A stretch of 64,000 bases of DNA from Podarcis filfolensis (GCA_964270895.1 OZ185439.1), one strand, 5' to 3'. Shown: positions 1 to 11,734, counted from the stretch's first letter. A program made the numbers and translations. The notes: generated by a model not told the origin, from the sequence alone.

Positions 1-555
1 TGCAGCCCAGAAGAGAGAAAGCTCTCTAAGGGCTGATTCACACATGCATTTGTATCACTCAATCTCTCATCACTTGGGCGGTTCACGGTTTAATGTGAGA
101 ACCACCTCTGTTGAAACAGATTGTTTTTGATGTGATATCAGGAGATATGAAAGTTCTTTCCCTGGTGATCCATGATGGCAGTTTCACACATGCAAGGTAT
201 CGATGGGGTGAGTCATCACATGCAATCAGCAAGTGACAAAACACATTTTATGATCTCACCACAAGCCTGCCTTCATGGCTTGCATTTACCATGGAATGTC
301 ACAAGCGATCACACTATCCTGATGGGCTTCAGAAACAAACCCTGAAAGTATAATTTTGTTTGATACAAAGTATTTGAGGGTGCTGACTCTTATGAACGAG
401 TGTGAAGCATTCAGCCACAGAATACAGGTACCAACCATTTTGTGTGTGTTCAATTGGCATGTGACCACTGATGTGTGCACTATTTTTGCCCCCCCACGTT
501 CCGCTGGCATGCATGATGACCTGGAACGCAATTCCCACACAAATGGGGGTTATCT

Positions 556-1186
556 CATAGAATCATAGAGTTGGAAGAGACCACAAGGGCCATCGAGTCC
601 AACCCCCTGCCAAGCAGGAAACACCATCAGAGCACTCCTGACATATGGTTGTCAAGCCTCTGCTTAAAGACCTCCAAAGAAGGAGACTCCACCACACTCC
701 TTGGCAGCAAATTCCACTGTCGAACAGCTCTTACTGTCAGGAAGTTCTTCCTAATGTTTAGGTGGAATCTTCTTTCTTGTAGTTTGGAACCATTGCTCCG
801 TGTCCGCTTCTCTGGAGCAGCAGAAAACAACATTTCTCCCTCCTCTATGTGACATCCTTTTATATATTTGAACATGGCTATCATATCACCCCTTAACCTC
901 CTCTTCTCCAGGCTAAACATGCCCAGCTCCCTTAGCCGTTCCTCATAAGGCATCGTTTCCAGGCCTTTGACCATTTTGGTTGCCCTCCTCTGGACATGTT
1001 CCAGTTTGTCAGTGTCCTTCTTGAACTGTGGTGCCCAGAACTGGACACAGTACTCCAGGTGAGGTCTGACCAGAGCAGAATACAGTGGCACTATTACTTC
1101 CCTTGATCTAGATGCTATACTCCTATACTCCTATACTCCTATACTCCTATACTCCTGTACTCCTATACTCCTATTGATGCAGCCCA
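556..1186 (-). mobile_element. CR1 LINE, 5'-truncated 3' fragment (end of ORF2 plus 3' UTR)
   Basis: Minus-strand ORF 627-1091 ([18 protein letters not shown]...[13 protein letters not shown]...[11 protein letters not shown]) is the typical CR1 ORF2 C-terminus. The CATAGAAT terminal repeat (reverse complement of ATTCTATG) is at 556. Confidence 0.95.
1116..1171. repeat. Tandem 8-mer (TATACTCC) x7 inside the CR1 5' end
   Basis: Seven consecutive units read directly; the sixth is TGTACTCC. Confidence 0.95.
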
Positions 1187-1637
1187 TCTGTATGAGAATG
1201 AAGAACAAAGAGTGCCTCTGATCATATTCAGAACAGAGGCGCTGTAATCTTAATCTTAATCCCTCCCCAAACAGCTGGAATTAGGGGCACAGCTTCCAGG
1301 CAGGGCAAGTTTAGGTTAACATGGTTCTCTGTCAGATGAATAGTAAGGCTGCACCAGTGCTTCTTGTCTACTTTGTGTTGCAAATATAAAGAGAAATTGA
1401 CCTAGCCAAGTTCACACGCCTGCTCCACCATGAAATATCACATGATGGACTCAGTCAGCTGACCATATCTCATCTCATCCTAATTTACACACAAGGGGTT
1501 AGAGCCAGAGTTTGCTCCCATTTGTGGTAGCAGCCCCCCAGGACAGTCCCATCAGTGGGAAAAGAGGGGGAGAAGTGTTATCTGCACATTGATCTTTCCC
1601 CTGAAGCCCCCAGCACCACTTACCATACTGTTCCAGA

Positions 1638-2120
1638 CAGTGCCGGATTTATGTATAGGCTAAGCAGGCTGAAGCCTAGGGCCTCTAAATCTAGGGGGCC
1701 TCACCAGCCCTCCCGGTCCCCAGTGGGAAGTCTCCCCTCTCCCAAAATTCCAAACCCAATACTTCATGTGAGGGCAGGACAACTCAGGCCTCTAAATCTA
1801 GGGGGCCTCGCCAGCCTGCCCGCTCCCCAGGGCCGCAGTCTCCCCTCTCCCAAAATTGTAAACCCAAGACTTCATGCAAGGGCAGGGCAACTCAGGCCCA
1901 GCAACTATTAGACTCAGGGCTAGTCAGTGGGGCCCAATTTAAAGCAGTGGGGCGCAACTTGATTTTTTTTTGTAGGGCCCCAGTTCACAGCCAAAGTCTG
2001 CAAAATCTTATAGATATAAATGAAATCCAACTAGATTGTCCTGGTGCACAGGCCCCCTTAGGAGTGGTCCACAGGGCCCAAGTTGGCCTAATTGCTGAAA
2101 TTGCCTTAAGGTCAGCCCTG
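1638..2120. mobile_element. Degenerate non-autonomous DNA transposon (hAT-like MITE)
   Basis: Starts CAGTGCCGGATTTA and ends TAAGGTCAGCCCTG (imperfect inverted termini, about 9/14). GC-rich interior; no TSD seen. Confidence 0.35.
1680..1894. repeat. Tandem duplication of a 107-108 bp unit
   Basis: GGCCTCTAAATCTAGGGGGCCTC...CAACTCA occurs at 1680-1786 and again at 1787-1894 with scattered mismatches. Confidence 0.9.
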
Positions 2121-2769
2121 ATGAAACTGTGCAGGGGTTGGACTGACAAGCCCTGCACCTTCTAGGTCCCTGGTGTCACCATTCAGAATACAGACTCAAG
2201 GACTTGTTATGGAAATAAAGGGGGGCACTTATTGGAAATCAGTTTTGTCACCTCTTTCCCCCAAAACCCCGAGACAATGAGCCCAGACACCTTTTATTCA
2301 CAGTCGTATAAGCACTACACTACAGCATGGCCATAAACTTGTATGTTCAACCACTGAAATATGCACCCAATATGTAGCAATGGAGATTTATGTTACTGCT
2401 TTATGAATGAACACTGTGTTTTATGAATGGACTCTGTATTTTGTGAATTACCTAAGAGCCACCAATAGGGAGCTCTAGAATCTGACAGCTAACTAATTGG
2501 GTACTACCAAACAGCGACCCCTATTGCTGAAAGCAGGTAACCAGCAGAGAATGCTTCAGCTCAGCCTTTGCACTGTTGACTAAACACCCCCTGCTGTGCA
2601 GATAATGGAGAAAGTTTGTAAATTGTATCCCTTCTGGCATCCTAGCTAACTCTATTACACTGGTGTAAACCCTGGTGTACCAGAAGCACATAATAGCAGC
2701 AAATAAAATCCGCTCATGCGTCAGCAACTGATAAGACTTGTCAACCAGTCCTTCCAAAGTCTTCCTAAA

Positions 2770-3010
2770 TTATAAAGCTCTAAAACACAGGCCAAAAGAG
2801 AGCAGGTCTGGGAAGAGTGAGGCATACAATGGGCACCACCAGTGAAAAGGCCCTGCTCCATGTAACTCCTGTCCTATCATTTGATAGAGTGCCCACTTGC
2901 CCTCATTCTTGACATGGAATGCTCTCTATTGGAGTCTCCAGGTCCAGTACAAAGACCATATGAAAGGAGAGCAGGGACCTTGAAGTTCCCAACAGCTGTT
3001 AAGCCAGCAA
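2770..3010 (-). mobile_element. Old L2 LINE 3' fragment
   Basis: Motifs GAAAAGGCCCTG and GGAGAGCAGGGACC resemble the matching part of the young L2 at 8264-10150; highly diverged. Confidence 0.4.
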
Positions 3011-3092
3011 GCAAGCGCACAGGTCACCTTGGTCACAGTCAGGACACCTATGTCCTGGCCAGGCCTGCACCCAATCTTCTTTTTGTATAATC

Positions 3093-3392
3093 TTGTTTGT
3101 CCTCAGTAACCAAAATTATACTATTAACATATACAAGCAGAAAAGTTGTTTTCCTTCATTTGCAAGGAACCGTACAAAACAAAGTGGCACCAATAAAGAA
3201 AAATTCCAGGGTGGCAACAGAAAGCAAACTAAAAATGCTTTTGCAGTTCATCAAAACTATCCAGCAATATCGAGTTATAGGAAAACTGGTGCTATTAACA
3301 GTAACCCTTCTAGTTGGTTAATTGGTTCGGCAACTTCCATGCACATGACATGTGATGCTAATTATTTTCCCCAAGAGTTAAATGATAACTAA
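3093..3392 (+). mobile_element. Ty1/Copia LTR retrotransposon gag-protease relic
   Basis: Peptide SSWLIGSATSMHMTCDANYF resembles the Copia protease motif W[IL]IDSGA[TS]xHM[TC] with D changed to G. Upstream KSCF..FARN resembles an eroded zinc knuckle. Confidence 0.5.
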
Positions 3393-5056
3393 TCAGAGGC
3401 ATCTACAGGAGAGCTATGAGATTCAGGTGAGGGTCAGATGCCTTGTCAATCCCAGCAGGTATAAAAGAGGACGACCAGGCCTGCAGCCTGCCAAGGTCTG
3501 CCGCCTGGTGCCAGCCATTTTTCTTCTAATAAAATAATTAGCAATGGGGAAAAAAACCCTGCATTCAGTTTAATCAGATTAATACAAAACCAACCCATCA
3601 AATTGCTCAGTTCAGCTGTGACTCTGTTAAAAGATCAGCAACAAACCTGAATGTAATGAAAACAAAGGCAGATAAACACATTGAAATTGTAGCTGAGAGG
3701 ACAGAAGCATTAGGGTAACACCCTTGATGTTGTGATTGATGTAGTGGGTGACACGGCACATGGAGCCTGACAGTGACTGAACAATACCTATCTGAGTCTG
3801 TGCGCACCCAGGCTTGCCAATGTGAACTAAAGCTAGAGAGGATCTGCCTCGCAGCCACATCCCTAAATCCAGCGTTTGCAGTGGCAAATGTCATCTCTAG
3901 TTTCCTTTACAAGACAAGGTACCTATTAAGTTTTACTCCCTTAATGGCCTTTCAGGTCCTTCTTAGACCTTCAAATTCTGTCGTACTGGGCGACTAAAAC
4001 AATCTTGCTTGATCACAACCGCTGCGAGTAGTGAAGATTATGGTTTGGCAAGCATCACGAAACCAAAACTACCCTTTTTTGTTTACTGTTTTCCTGTGAT
4101 AATTTATGAAGGCAAATATTCAGACTGAACACAGGAGGGGGGGGGAGGAACCACCCCGGTGTGATATAAATATACCTGCACTTCCCACAGCTTGGCAAGC
4201 ATCCTAAATCGACTGGTACCTGAAATTATGCCAACCTGTGCAGCACATCTGAATTTGAAACTAATCTCTTATTTACAATCAAAGGGTCTGCAAAGCTGTT
4301 GCTTGTAACACAGCTTATTATTCTGCATTAAATATTGTTGTTGAAACTGGTGTTTGCAAGGGCCAATTAGTATATTTATTTAATAAAAATTAGCCCTGCT
4401 ATTTTAAGTGAAAAGCAAGAACGTAAACACAGTTGTGAGTTGCACCCCTCTTTCTGCAGTTTTGCAGAGCAATCCTATGCACAAGGAGCTGGTACAAGTG
4501 TGGCTAGCACAAAGCCACAGCAGACCCTGAGCCCAGGGGAGAAGCAGCAATAGCAGCTGAGCCCGCAGAGCAGGAATTCACAGAGCAGCAGCGCAAAATA
4601 CAGAACACAGGAGCAACTGGCATCACCATGGCAATCTAGGTTAAATGTTGACAGGCACAGGGGAGAATCCTTGAGCCCCCAGTCATGAGGCCATACAGAG
4701 ATAGCCTGAAAAGCCCGGGAAACAGCAAAAAGAAATGTAAAGGGGGGGTGCTACTTGATGACCCTTCCTGATGTAGATCTTCAGCTAACCCTTTCTTCCG
4801 TGGCTGAAAGGGGGGAGGGAGGTCCATTTTGTGGCTCACCTCAGGTGCCAAAACGTCTTGGACCGACCATGCCACAGCCCCACCAGTGTGCAAGGAAGGA
4901 CCTGAGCAAGGCAGGGCCCCCAGGCATGCAGCCAGATGGGCTCCCCTTCTGCCCAGTCATGCTCCCATGGCCTGGTCCAGCAGGCTCTTATGTTTTCATG
5001 TTCTAAGCCTCTGCCAGCTGATGGCAGCTGATGCTGAGGACCTGCTACTTACCTGG

Positions 5057-5374
5057 TGTTATGTATTCAGTGGTCTCTGTTTGCCTGAGCTTGAGTCTGA
5101 ACTAAGGAATCTGAGCCCCTGTGTTCTGATTCGATACCTGATATCCATTCACAGAACATTTCAGGATTTGGGCCTCTGCCATTGGCGCTTCAACTCTGAG
5201 TCATGATTGCAGCTTGGAAGTTTAGACAGCCAATCACACTGGGAGTGGGAGTGGCCCAGGCCTTCAGAAATGTATATAGGCAAGCGCTTTGCCCATTGTC
5301 CTGTTCTGTTAGTTCAATAAAAGTTCTTGCTGTTATCACTGTGTCTTGCATTGTGTGAACTCACCTACACTTCA
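5057..5374 (+). mobile_element. Solo LTR (318 bp) of an LTR retrotransposon
   Basis: TG...CA termini (TGTTATG...CTTCA) and perfect 5 bp TSD CCTGG (5052-5056, 5375-5379). Internal CCAAT 5230, TATATA 5273 and AATAAA 5316 are in U3-R order. Confidence 0.85.
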
Positions 5375-7559
5375 CCTGGTGTGTTTTTTACTGCTGAGGA
5401 TTATAGCTGCTACTGGTTTGTGGCTGCCAGTGCACAGTTTAGCACTCTTGGTAAACCATGATCCTCAGCATAGCCTGGCCCTGCTGGGGATCCCTGGAAT
5501 CCTATGCTGCTAATCTCAGTGGATCTCATTAGAACCGTCTTCTTCTTTTTGCACAAATGCCAGGATTTGGAAGGGGGGCTGTGTGTGTATGTGTAAAAAA
5601 AAAATAAAACCTTGTATGAAGACTTGCCCATTCTCTCTGAAGCTGTGATGACATTCAGTTTGATTGCGAGTTACACCACATTAAAAAGAAGAAGATATTA
5701 TTCTCAGAGAGGCTGTTAAACCTGATATGCCTACATTTATTTACTTTTGCAATATCTTTGCCATGTGTATAGTGATACAGTGAATTACTAGCTTGTGGAA
5801 TGAATGAAAATAATGTATGTCTGCGTTAAATGTCAGAGGAAATTGTGGCACTGATTAATAAGTAAAGAATACATAATTTAGAAGGGGGGAATTGCTCCTT
5901 TACAAAAATTGCTCTCTCTGTATGTGTGTGTGTAAATTCTCACTCAGCCTTTCACAGAATGAACAGATTAAAATGAATGCAAGATGGGACATGTCAGGGA
6001 ACCAGTTTGCTCTTTTTAGTCAGAGTATTCATATTTCAGAATAACAAGTTCTTAATATTTCACTTGCAATGGACTATGGATGTTTCCATCATTACCTGTT
6101 TTATTAGGATCTGGGATATGAAATAGATATGTTCTGTTTTGTTTCAAAGCTATCATCAATGTGAATGAAATGACAACTCAAATTACTATTTTTTTAAAAA
6201 AAAAAGTATGGAGAGAAATATTTTTAACTTCAACCTTTTGACTTATTCCGTTTTCATATTGTAAGGTTTCATTGATTTTTTTCAAATCTATAACATGAGT
6301 GCATTCAATGCAAAGGATAACCAGTGAGACCTCTCAGTCTCGGGCTCGGAAACGACTTGATGGACAACTTTTAAATGAGACCACACATGGACAGAACACC
6401 TTGAGAGGGAAGATGCCCTCAGGACCAAAATGTATATTCAATTAACACTGAAGCAGAGTGATGCTATTTCTCTTTGAGATGGGATGTCTGGGGGGAAACA
6501 GGACATCATGTGCAATAGGGCTGATTTATGCTCTGCATGGAAGGTGCAGCTGTGTTTGCTGCAGGAGATGTATCTGTTACTATGTGGTTTCCTAGTACAA
6601 ATCCAGCACATGCTTACAAATACACAGATCTCCTAATTATATGGTAGGGTTGTCACCTGGAGGCATGTGGTGACGCCACATCATGGCGTGTGTATTGTAG
6701 GAAGTGTGAATCAGTTCGTAGGGCTGATATACCCATGGATGGACATCACTTGGAGATTGCAGCCTCAAGTGATGACCTGCAAGTGTGAACAGACCATTGC
6801 AGGTCAAACACTGCTTGAAAGAACTAGGTGGAGCTTTTAAGGACGAGTGCTTTTCAGTGGAATTAATTCACATGCTCAGCTGGGAGTCTACAGTTCTGTT
6901 CAGTTGTTGTCTCCCCACCGTCCCACTATGCAAATATCAGGGGGAGCTACGGCAAGACTGCTAACCCATCTCCCTCCCCTGTGCCCCCACCAGCATTCCT
7001 GGAGCCCACCATGTGTTGGGGGCTGGACTTTTGAAGCAAAGAGCTGTTTTTGCCAGAGTAGGTGTCCTGTGCGATTTAGAAAGCTGGGAGAACAGAGTTA
7101 AAAATCATGTGGAGAGCCTATTTGCACACAAGAGTCCTCCCTCTACAGATGTTCACTCCCCCCCCAATATGTGGGGTGTGTGTACAGGAACAGTGATGAG
7201 GCCATGTGGAAGGGGGCAAGGACAATGGGCTGCCATTCTGCCTTCTTCACAGTGCTCTACACCTAGTGCAATTCTGGGGCAATGTGTGTGGGGTGAACAG
7301 TGACTCAAAACAGTGGGGGATCTCCAGAGAACATTCTGCAAAGTGGCTTCCTTTTTCTAGCAGGGTGAGAAAAAGAAAAAAATATTGGGAATTTATTTAC
7401 TTTATGAATAAAAAGCATTTGTATACCTCTGTGTCATAAAGATATACATATCACAGAGGCCTACAGCAACAAAAACATAAAACCCTACAATAAAACCATT
7501 AAAAAGTTGAAAACAGACATTGGATGTTCCCAGAAACATGCTTGGGAAATTTTCTCAGC

Positions 7560-7810
7560 TGCTGATAACATCAAGGTTGCAGGCTTGATATGGGACACCT
7601 GCATATTCCTGCACTGCAGGGGGCTGGGCTAGCCAAATTTGGCCCTCCAGATGTTTTGGGACCACAACTCCCATCATCCCTAGCTAACAGGACCAGTGGT
7701 CAGGGATGATGGGAACTGTAGTCCCAAAACATCTGGAAGGCCAAGTTTGGCCCTGCCTGGGCTAGATGATCCTAAGGATCCGTTCCAATGCTACAATTCT
7801 ATGGTTCTAT
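7560..7810 (+). mobile_element. tRNA(Ile)-derived SINE with CR1-type 3' tail, interrupted by a MITE
   Basis: TGCTGATAACATCAAGGTTGCAGG resembles tRNA-Ile. The tail TTCCTGCACTGCAGGGGG...CTAGATGATCC...ATTCTATG matches the CR1 3' end at 62893-63053. Confidence 0.7.
7633..7757. mobile_element. Palindromic hAT-type MITE nested in the SINE
   Basis: Same family as 58091-58226. Flanked by direct repeat TGGGCTAG (7625-7632, 7758-7765); the left terminus is eroded. Confidence 0.85.
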
Positions 7811-8263
7811 TTTAAACTCCCTATTTTTTATTATTTTTTATTGGGTGTCTCCTGATCTATTTCCCCCTTTTTATCTTGTGTCTGAGTATTCCCTCCAGGA
7901 TTAGTGGTGGGGCATCTGCCACAGGGGATGGGTTAGGCTGTGGTGAGGTGCATGGATGCACTGTCACAGCCAATGAGACATTCTCACTGGTGCATCTGCA
8001 CAGCCCTGACCTCCCCACTGCCTCCCTGCCCCTTTATTGATACATGGCAGTGATGTCACTGCCAGGAGGCTATAGCTGCAGCTTTGCCAGATGAGCCCTT
8101 GGAGTTCTTCTAAGGTCCAGTTGGCATAAGGGCAGGACATAGGGAGGAGAGCCTCTAATAGACCTCAGCACCTGGGCAGTCCTTCAGCCAGCTACTTGCA
8201 AGGGGTATTCTATACTGAATCGAGTGCATGACTGGCCTTAAATAAATACAGTGGTACTAGTTC

Positions 8264-10150
8264 TTTTATTTATTTATTAAATAATAATAATAATAATTTT
8301 TTATTTATACCCCACCCTCCCCAGCCAAGGCCGGGCTCAGAGCAGCTTACAAGCAATAATAAAAACAAGATGAATGATTACAACTTAAAAACAAAAATAA
8401 AAAACAACATTAAAATAATGGAACATTAAAATATTAAAATGTAGCCTCATCGCAGGAGGAGAAGGAAAAGAAAAAAGAAAGAGAGGGAGGGAGGGAATCA
8501 AATTGGCTCCAAGCCAAAGGCCAGGCGGAACAACTCTGTCTTACAGGCCCTGCGGAAAGAAATCAGATCCTGCAGGGCCCTGGTCTCATGAGGCAGAGCG
8601 TTCCACCAGGCCGGAGCCAGAGTTGAAAAGGCCCTGGCTCTGGTTGAAGCCAATCTAACTTCCTTAGGGCCTGGGACCACAAGGGTGTTGTTATTTATGG
8701 ACCTTGAGGCTCTCCGTGGGGCATACCAGGAGAGGCGGTCCCGTAGGTACGAGGGCCCTAGGCCGTGAAGGGCTTTAAAGGTCAAAAGCAGCACCTTAAA
8801 TCTGACCCTGTACTCCACCGGGAGCCAGTGCAGCTTGAAAAGCACTGGGTGAATATGCTCCCATGGCAGAGACCCCGTGAGGAGCCTCGCTGCAGCATTC
8901 TGTACCCGCTGGAGTTTCTGGGACAGCTTCAAGGGCAGCCCCGCGTAGAGCGAATTACAGTACTCAAGCCTGGAGATGACCGTCGCATGGATCACTGTGG
9001 CCAGGTCGGGGCGGGAAAGGTAAGGGACCAACTGCTTGATGCGGCGAAGGTGGAAAAATGTCGCCTTGGCTGTTGCTGTAACTTGCGCCTCCATGGAAAG
9101 GGAGGCGTCAAGGATTACACCCAAACTCTTAATGGAAGGCAATGGCACTAATTGGGCCCCCGCAAGAGAAGGGAGTTGGTCCCTCATCCCCATGCCATCC
9201 CGACCTAGCCATAGGACCTCTGTCTTTGAAGGATTTAGTTTCGATCGGCTCCCACGAAACCATCCAGCCACAGCTTCCAAGCAACTGGTCAGTGTGTTCG
9301 GGGCCGAGTCGGTGTGGCCATCCATCAGCAGATAGAGCTGAGTGTCATCAGCATATTGGTGACAGCCCAGTCCAAAGCTCCGGATAATCTGGGCAAGGGG
9401 GCGCATAAAGCTGTTAAAAAGCATCGGGGAGAGAATTGCGCCCTGCGGCACTCCACACACCAAGGAGTGGCGCGACGACATTTCCCTCCCTAGTGCCACC
9501 CTCTGTCCCCGACCAGAGATAAAAGAGCACAACCAGTTATGGGCTATGCCCTGTATCCCCACGTCTGCGAGGCGGTGGTCCAGAAGATCATGATCGACCA
9601 TGTCAAAGGCTGCTGACAAATCTAAAAGGATCAGCAGTCCTGACCCGCCTCGATCCAGTTGTCTACAGAGATCATCTGTTAGGGCAACCAGAGCCGTCTC
9701 TGTCCCAAAACCAGGACGGAAACCGGACTGAAATGGATCTAATGCCGATGTTTCCTCCAGAAACCTACCAAGCTGTTCAGCAACCGCTCTCTCAGTTACC
9801 TTACCCAGGTATGGAAGATTTGAAACTGGGCGGTAATTGGATAGGTCTAGGGGATCTGATGAAGTTTTCTTTAAGAGTGGACACACCACTGCTTCCTTCA
9901 GTTCCCCTGGGAATGTCCCCGTGTCAAGGGACAAATTGATAATTTCAACCAGGGGGGTCCGCGCAACATCTGGACACTCCCTAATCAGCCAAGACGGGCA
10001 CGGATCAAGGAGGCAGGTGGTGGGCCTCCCAACTTGGAGGAATCTATCCACATCAGTAGGGAGTATCCGATCGAAATGGTCCAACACTGGACCTGAAGTC
10101 AGTCGAGGGGCCTCCAGTTCAGTCACTGTATCTAAATTGGCAGGGAGATT
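8264..10150 (-). mobile_element. Young 5'-truncated L2 LINE
   Basis: Uninterrupted RT ORF, a 3' UTR ending ...GGCTGGGGAGGGTGGGGTATAAAT, and an A/TAA-rich tail at 8264-8306. Homology appears to start near 10150. Confidence 0.93.
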
Positions 10151-10177
10151 AAAAAAACCACCTCTTTTAATCTTCAC
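8498..10177 (-). CDS. L2 ORF2 reverse-transcriptase domain and C-terminus (559 aa, endonuclease domain absent)
   Basis: RT motifs NYRPVSNLP, LLILLDLSAAFDMVDH, GVPQGAILSPMLFN, YADDTQLY, LNPSKTE, VQNAAARLL. No stops. The first ~10 codons are probably flanking DNA. Confidence 0.9.
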   Translation of the reverse strand: MKIKRGGFFNLPANLDTVTELEAPRLTSGPVLDHFDRILPTDVDRFLQVGRPTTCLLDPCPSWLIRECPDVARTPLVEIINLSLDTGTFPGELKEAVVCPLLKKTSSDPLDLSNYRPVSNLPYLGKVTERAVAEQLGRFLEETSALDPFQSGFRPGFGTETALVALTDDLCRQLDRGGSGLLILLDLSAAFDMVDHDLLDHRLADVGIQGIAHNWLCSFISGRGQRVALGREMSSRHSLVCGVPQGAILSPMLFNSFMRPLAQIIRSFGLGCHQYADDTQLYLLMDGHTDSAPNTLTSCLEAVAGWFRGSRSKLNPSKTEVLWLGRDGMGMRDQLPSLAGAQLVPLPSIKSLGVILDASLSMEAQVTATAKATFFHLRRIKQLVPYLSRPDLATVIHATVISRLEYCNSLYAGLPLKLSQKLQRVQNAAARLLTGSLPWEHIHPVLFKLHWLPVEYRVRFKVLLLTFKALHGLGPSYLRDRLSWYAPRRASRSINNNTLVVPGPKEVRLASTRARAFSTLAPAWWNALPHETRALQDLISFRRACKTELFRLAFGLEPI

Positions 10178-11734
10178 ATTTGCAAGGGGGGAAGTTCTGA
10201 ATTATGGCACCTTGATGGCTGTGGCAGACCACATCAACCAGAAACTATGCAACCATTTGTTTCATGCGGCGTGTGTGAGTCTTGCCCCTGTTAGAAACCA
10301 GTAAAATACTTATTCCTCATTATCAGTATGACTATAGCGTATGTGGAAATCATAGCACACACATTATTAGAAGGCAGAGCTCATAAGTCTGTGTATCAAA
10401 TGTGATTATGGTGTGGGCAGGTGGAATGACTGCAGGGGTGTGCTCACTGGGCCAGTTTAACACATGAATGAACATTTGGAAAGACAAATGATCTTTTGGA
10501 ATGGGCATGCTGATTCCATCAAAGGCCAATACCTGGTGTTAGAGATTGAGAAAGCGGCGGAACAAAATAAAATAATACACATAGACCTCTTAATCCAACA
10601 GGACATTGATGTACACGGAAAGTCAGAATCCATTCTCTGGGCATTATGGCTATCTGCTGTGCTTTACAGTTCGGAATCTGATTGCATTGCTCTTCCAGTG
10701 CTGAGAATTTGATTCGCGTTCTCAGCCTCCGCTGCAAATTCCATAGACTGACTGAAGCATACAGTGACCATTTCCCTCTGGTTGTTTCTCGACAACTGGA
10801 ACACAGCTAGGCGTCGCACCTTCTTCCAGCGCTGTAAATCAAGGAGTTAATCGCCCCTAACTGCCAAAAATCCAAAGGCATGATCGGGTTTCATCAAAAC
10901 CTTTGTTACATTAAACATCTCAGTCAGCTCTCATTATCCAGATTACGCAACCCTGTTTCTGGAGCTGATTGGCACAGGCTAGTGTTGCATCACTTTAATA
11001 ACAGAAAAATAAAGTTGTACGGCAGACAAGACTCCCAGGGGCCATCTAAAATAACCGGCTAGTGCCAAAGCAAGATCCAGCCACCCAAACAGTGAATGTG
11101 AAGAAAACAACCACCAAGTAATGAATGGAGGATATTTTTAAACTGAGCCAGAAATTCAGGACAAAGATGAAAAGCCGAGGAGATCTGCAATTTGGAAGCC
11201 CAACAGAGGCTGCTCCTAAGAGACTAGCCGAAAAGTAAGAACTATTGGGTTGTAGGTTGATAGGGCTTACAGGGCATGTTATAGTGATATCTGAATGCTT
11301 TTCAATTACTATATGAAGGAAGGAGCTGCTATTACTAAAACAGGGAGCAGAGATGGGAAGGGAGCGACGGAAGTGAATTAATCCAAGTGAAAATATCATT
11401 TGGATTAATACAATTTGTATAATCTTTTGTATAAAGGTCATTTAAATGAAAATGCTATATTGCTCTCGGGACCTCTCTACACACTTGTAGCCCTGCACTA
11501 GCATCTTTGGACCTACCTTGTTTTGGAGTGGAATCATTTCATTCCAGCCAGGGTTCCCCTGCAGAAGCAGATGGCAGGAGACACTGGTGGCTGGCAGTGT
11601 GGCAACATTGCCTTGACTTTATGTTTCCTACCCTGCTGCTGGGAAAGGGACAGCAAAGTGGACATGGTACATATGCTCTGGCAGAGTCAAACTGGTGCTC
11701 CTGCCAGCAGGAAGTGAAAGGAACCCTTCTACAG

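Noticed and set aside
1-12. TGCAGCCCAGAA at the window start, resembling CR1 sequence near the truncation point of the 556-1186 copy
   Set aside because: Only 12 bp at the window edge; cannot be told from chance.
22-230. Possible Harbinger-like MITE (GCTGATT...AATCAGC)
   Set aside because: Only 7 bp of inverted match and no convincing TSD.
1116-1171. Regular short repeats as a CRISPR-like array
   Set aside because: The 8-mers are contiguous with no spacers, and they lie inside a vertebrate CR1.
6325-6370. TCGGAAACGACTTGA, resembling an RTE/Sauria tail
   Set aside because: About 15 bp of similarity with no body; too short to call.
8765-10304. Plus-strand ORFs of 128, 68 and 155 aa
   Set aside because: Antisense shadows of the GC-rich L2 RT ORF.
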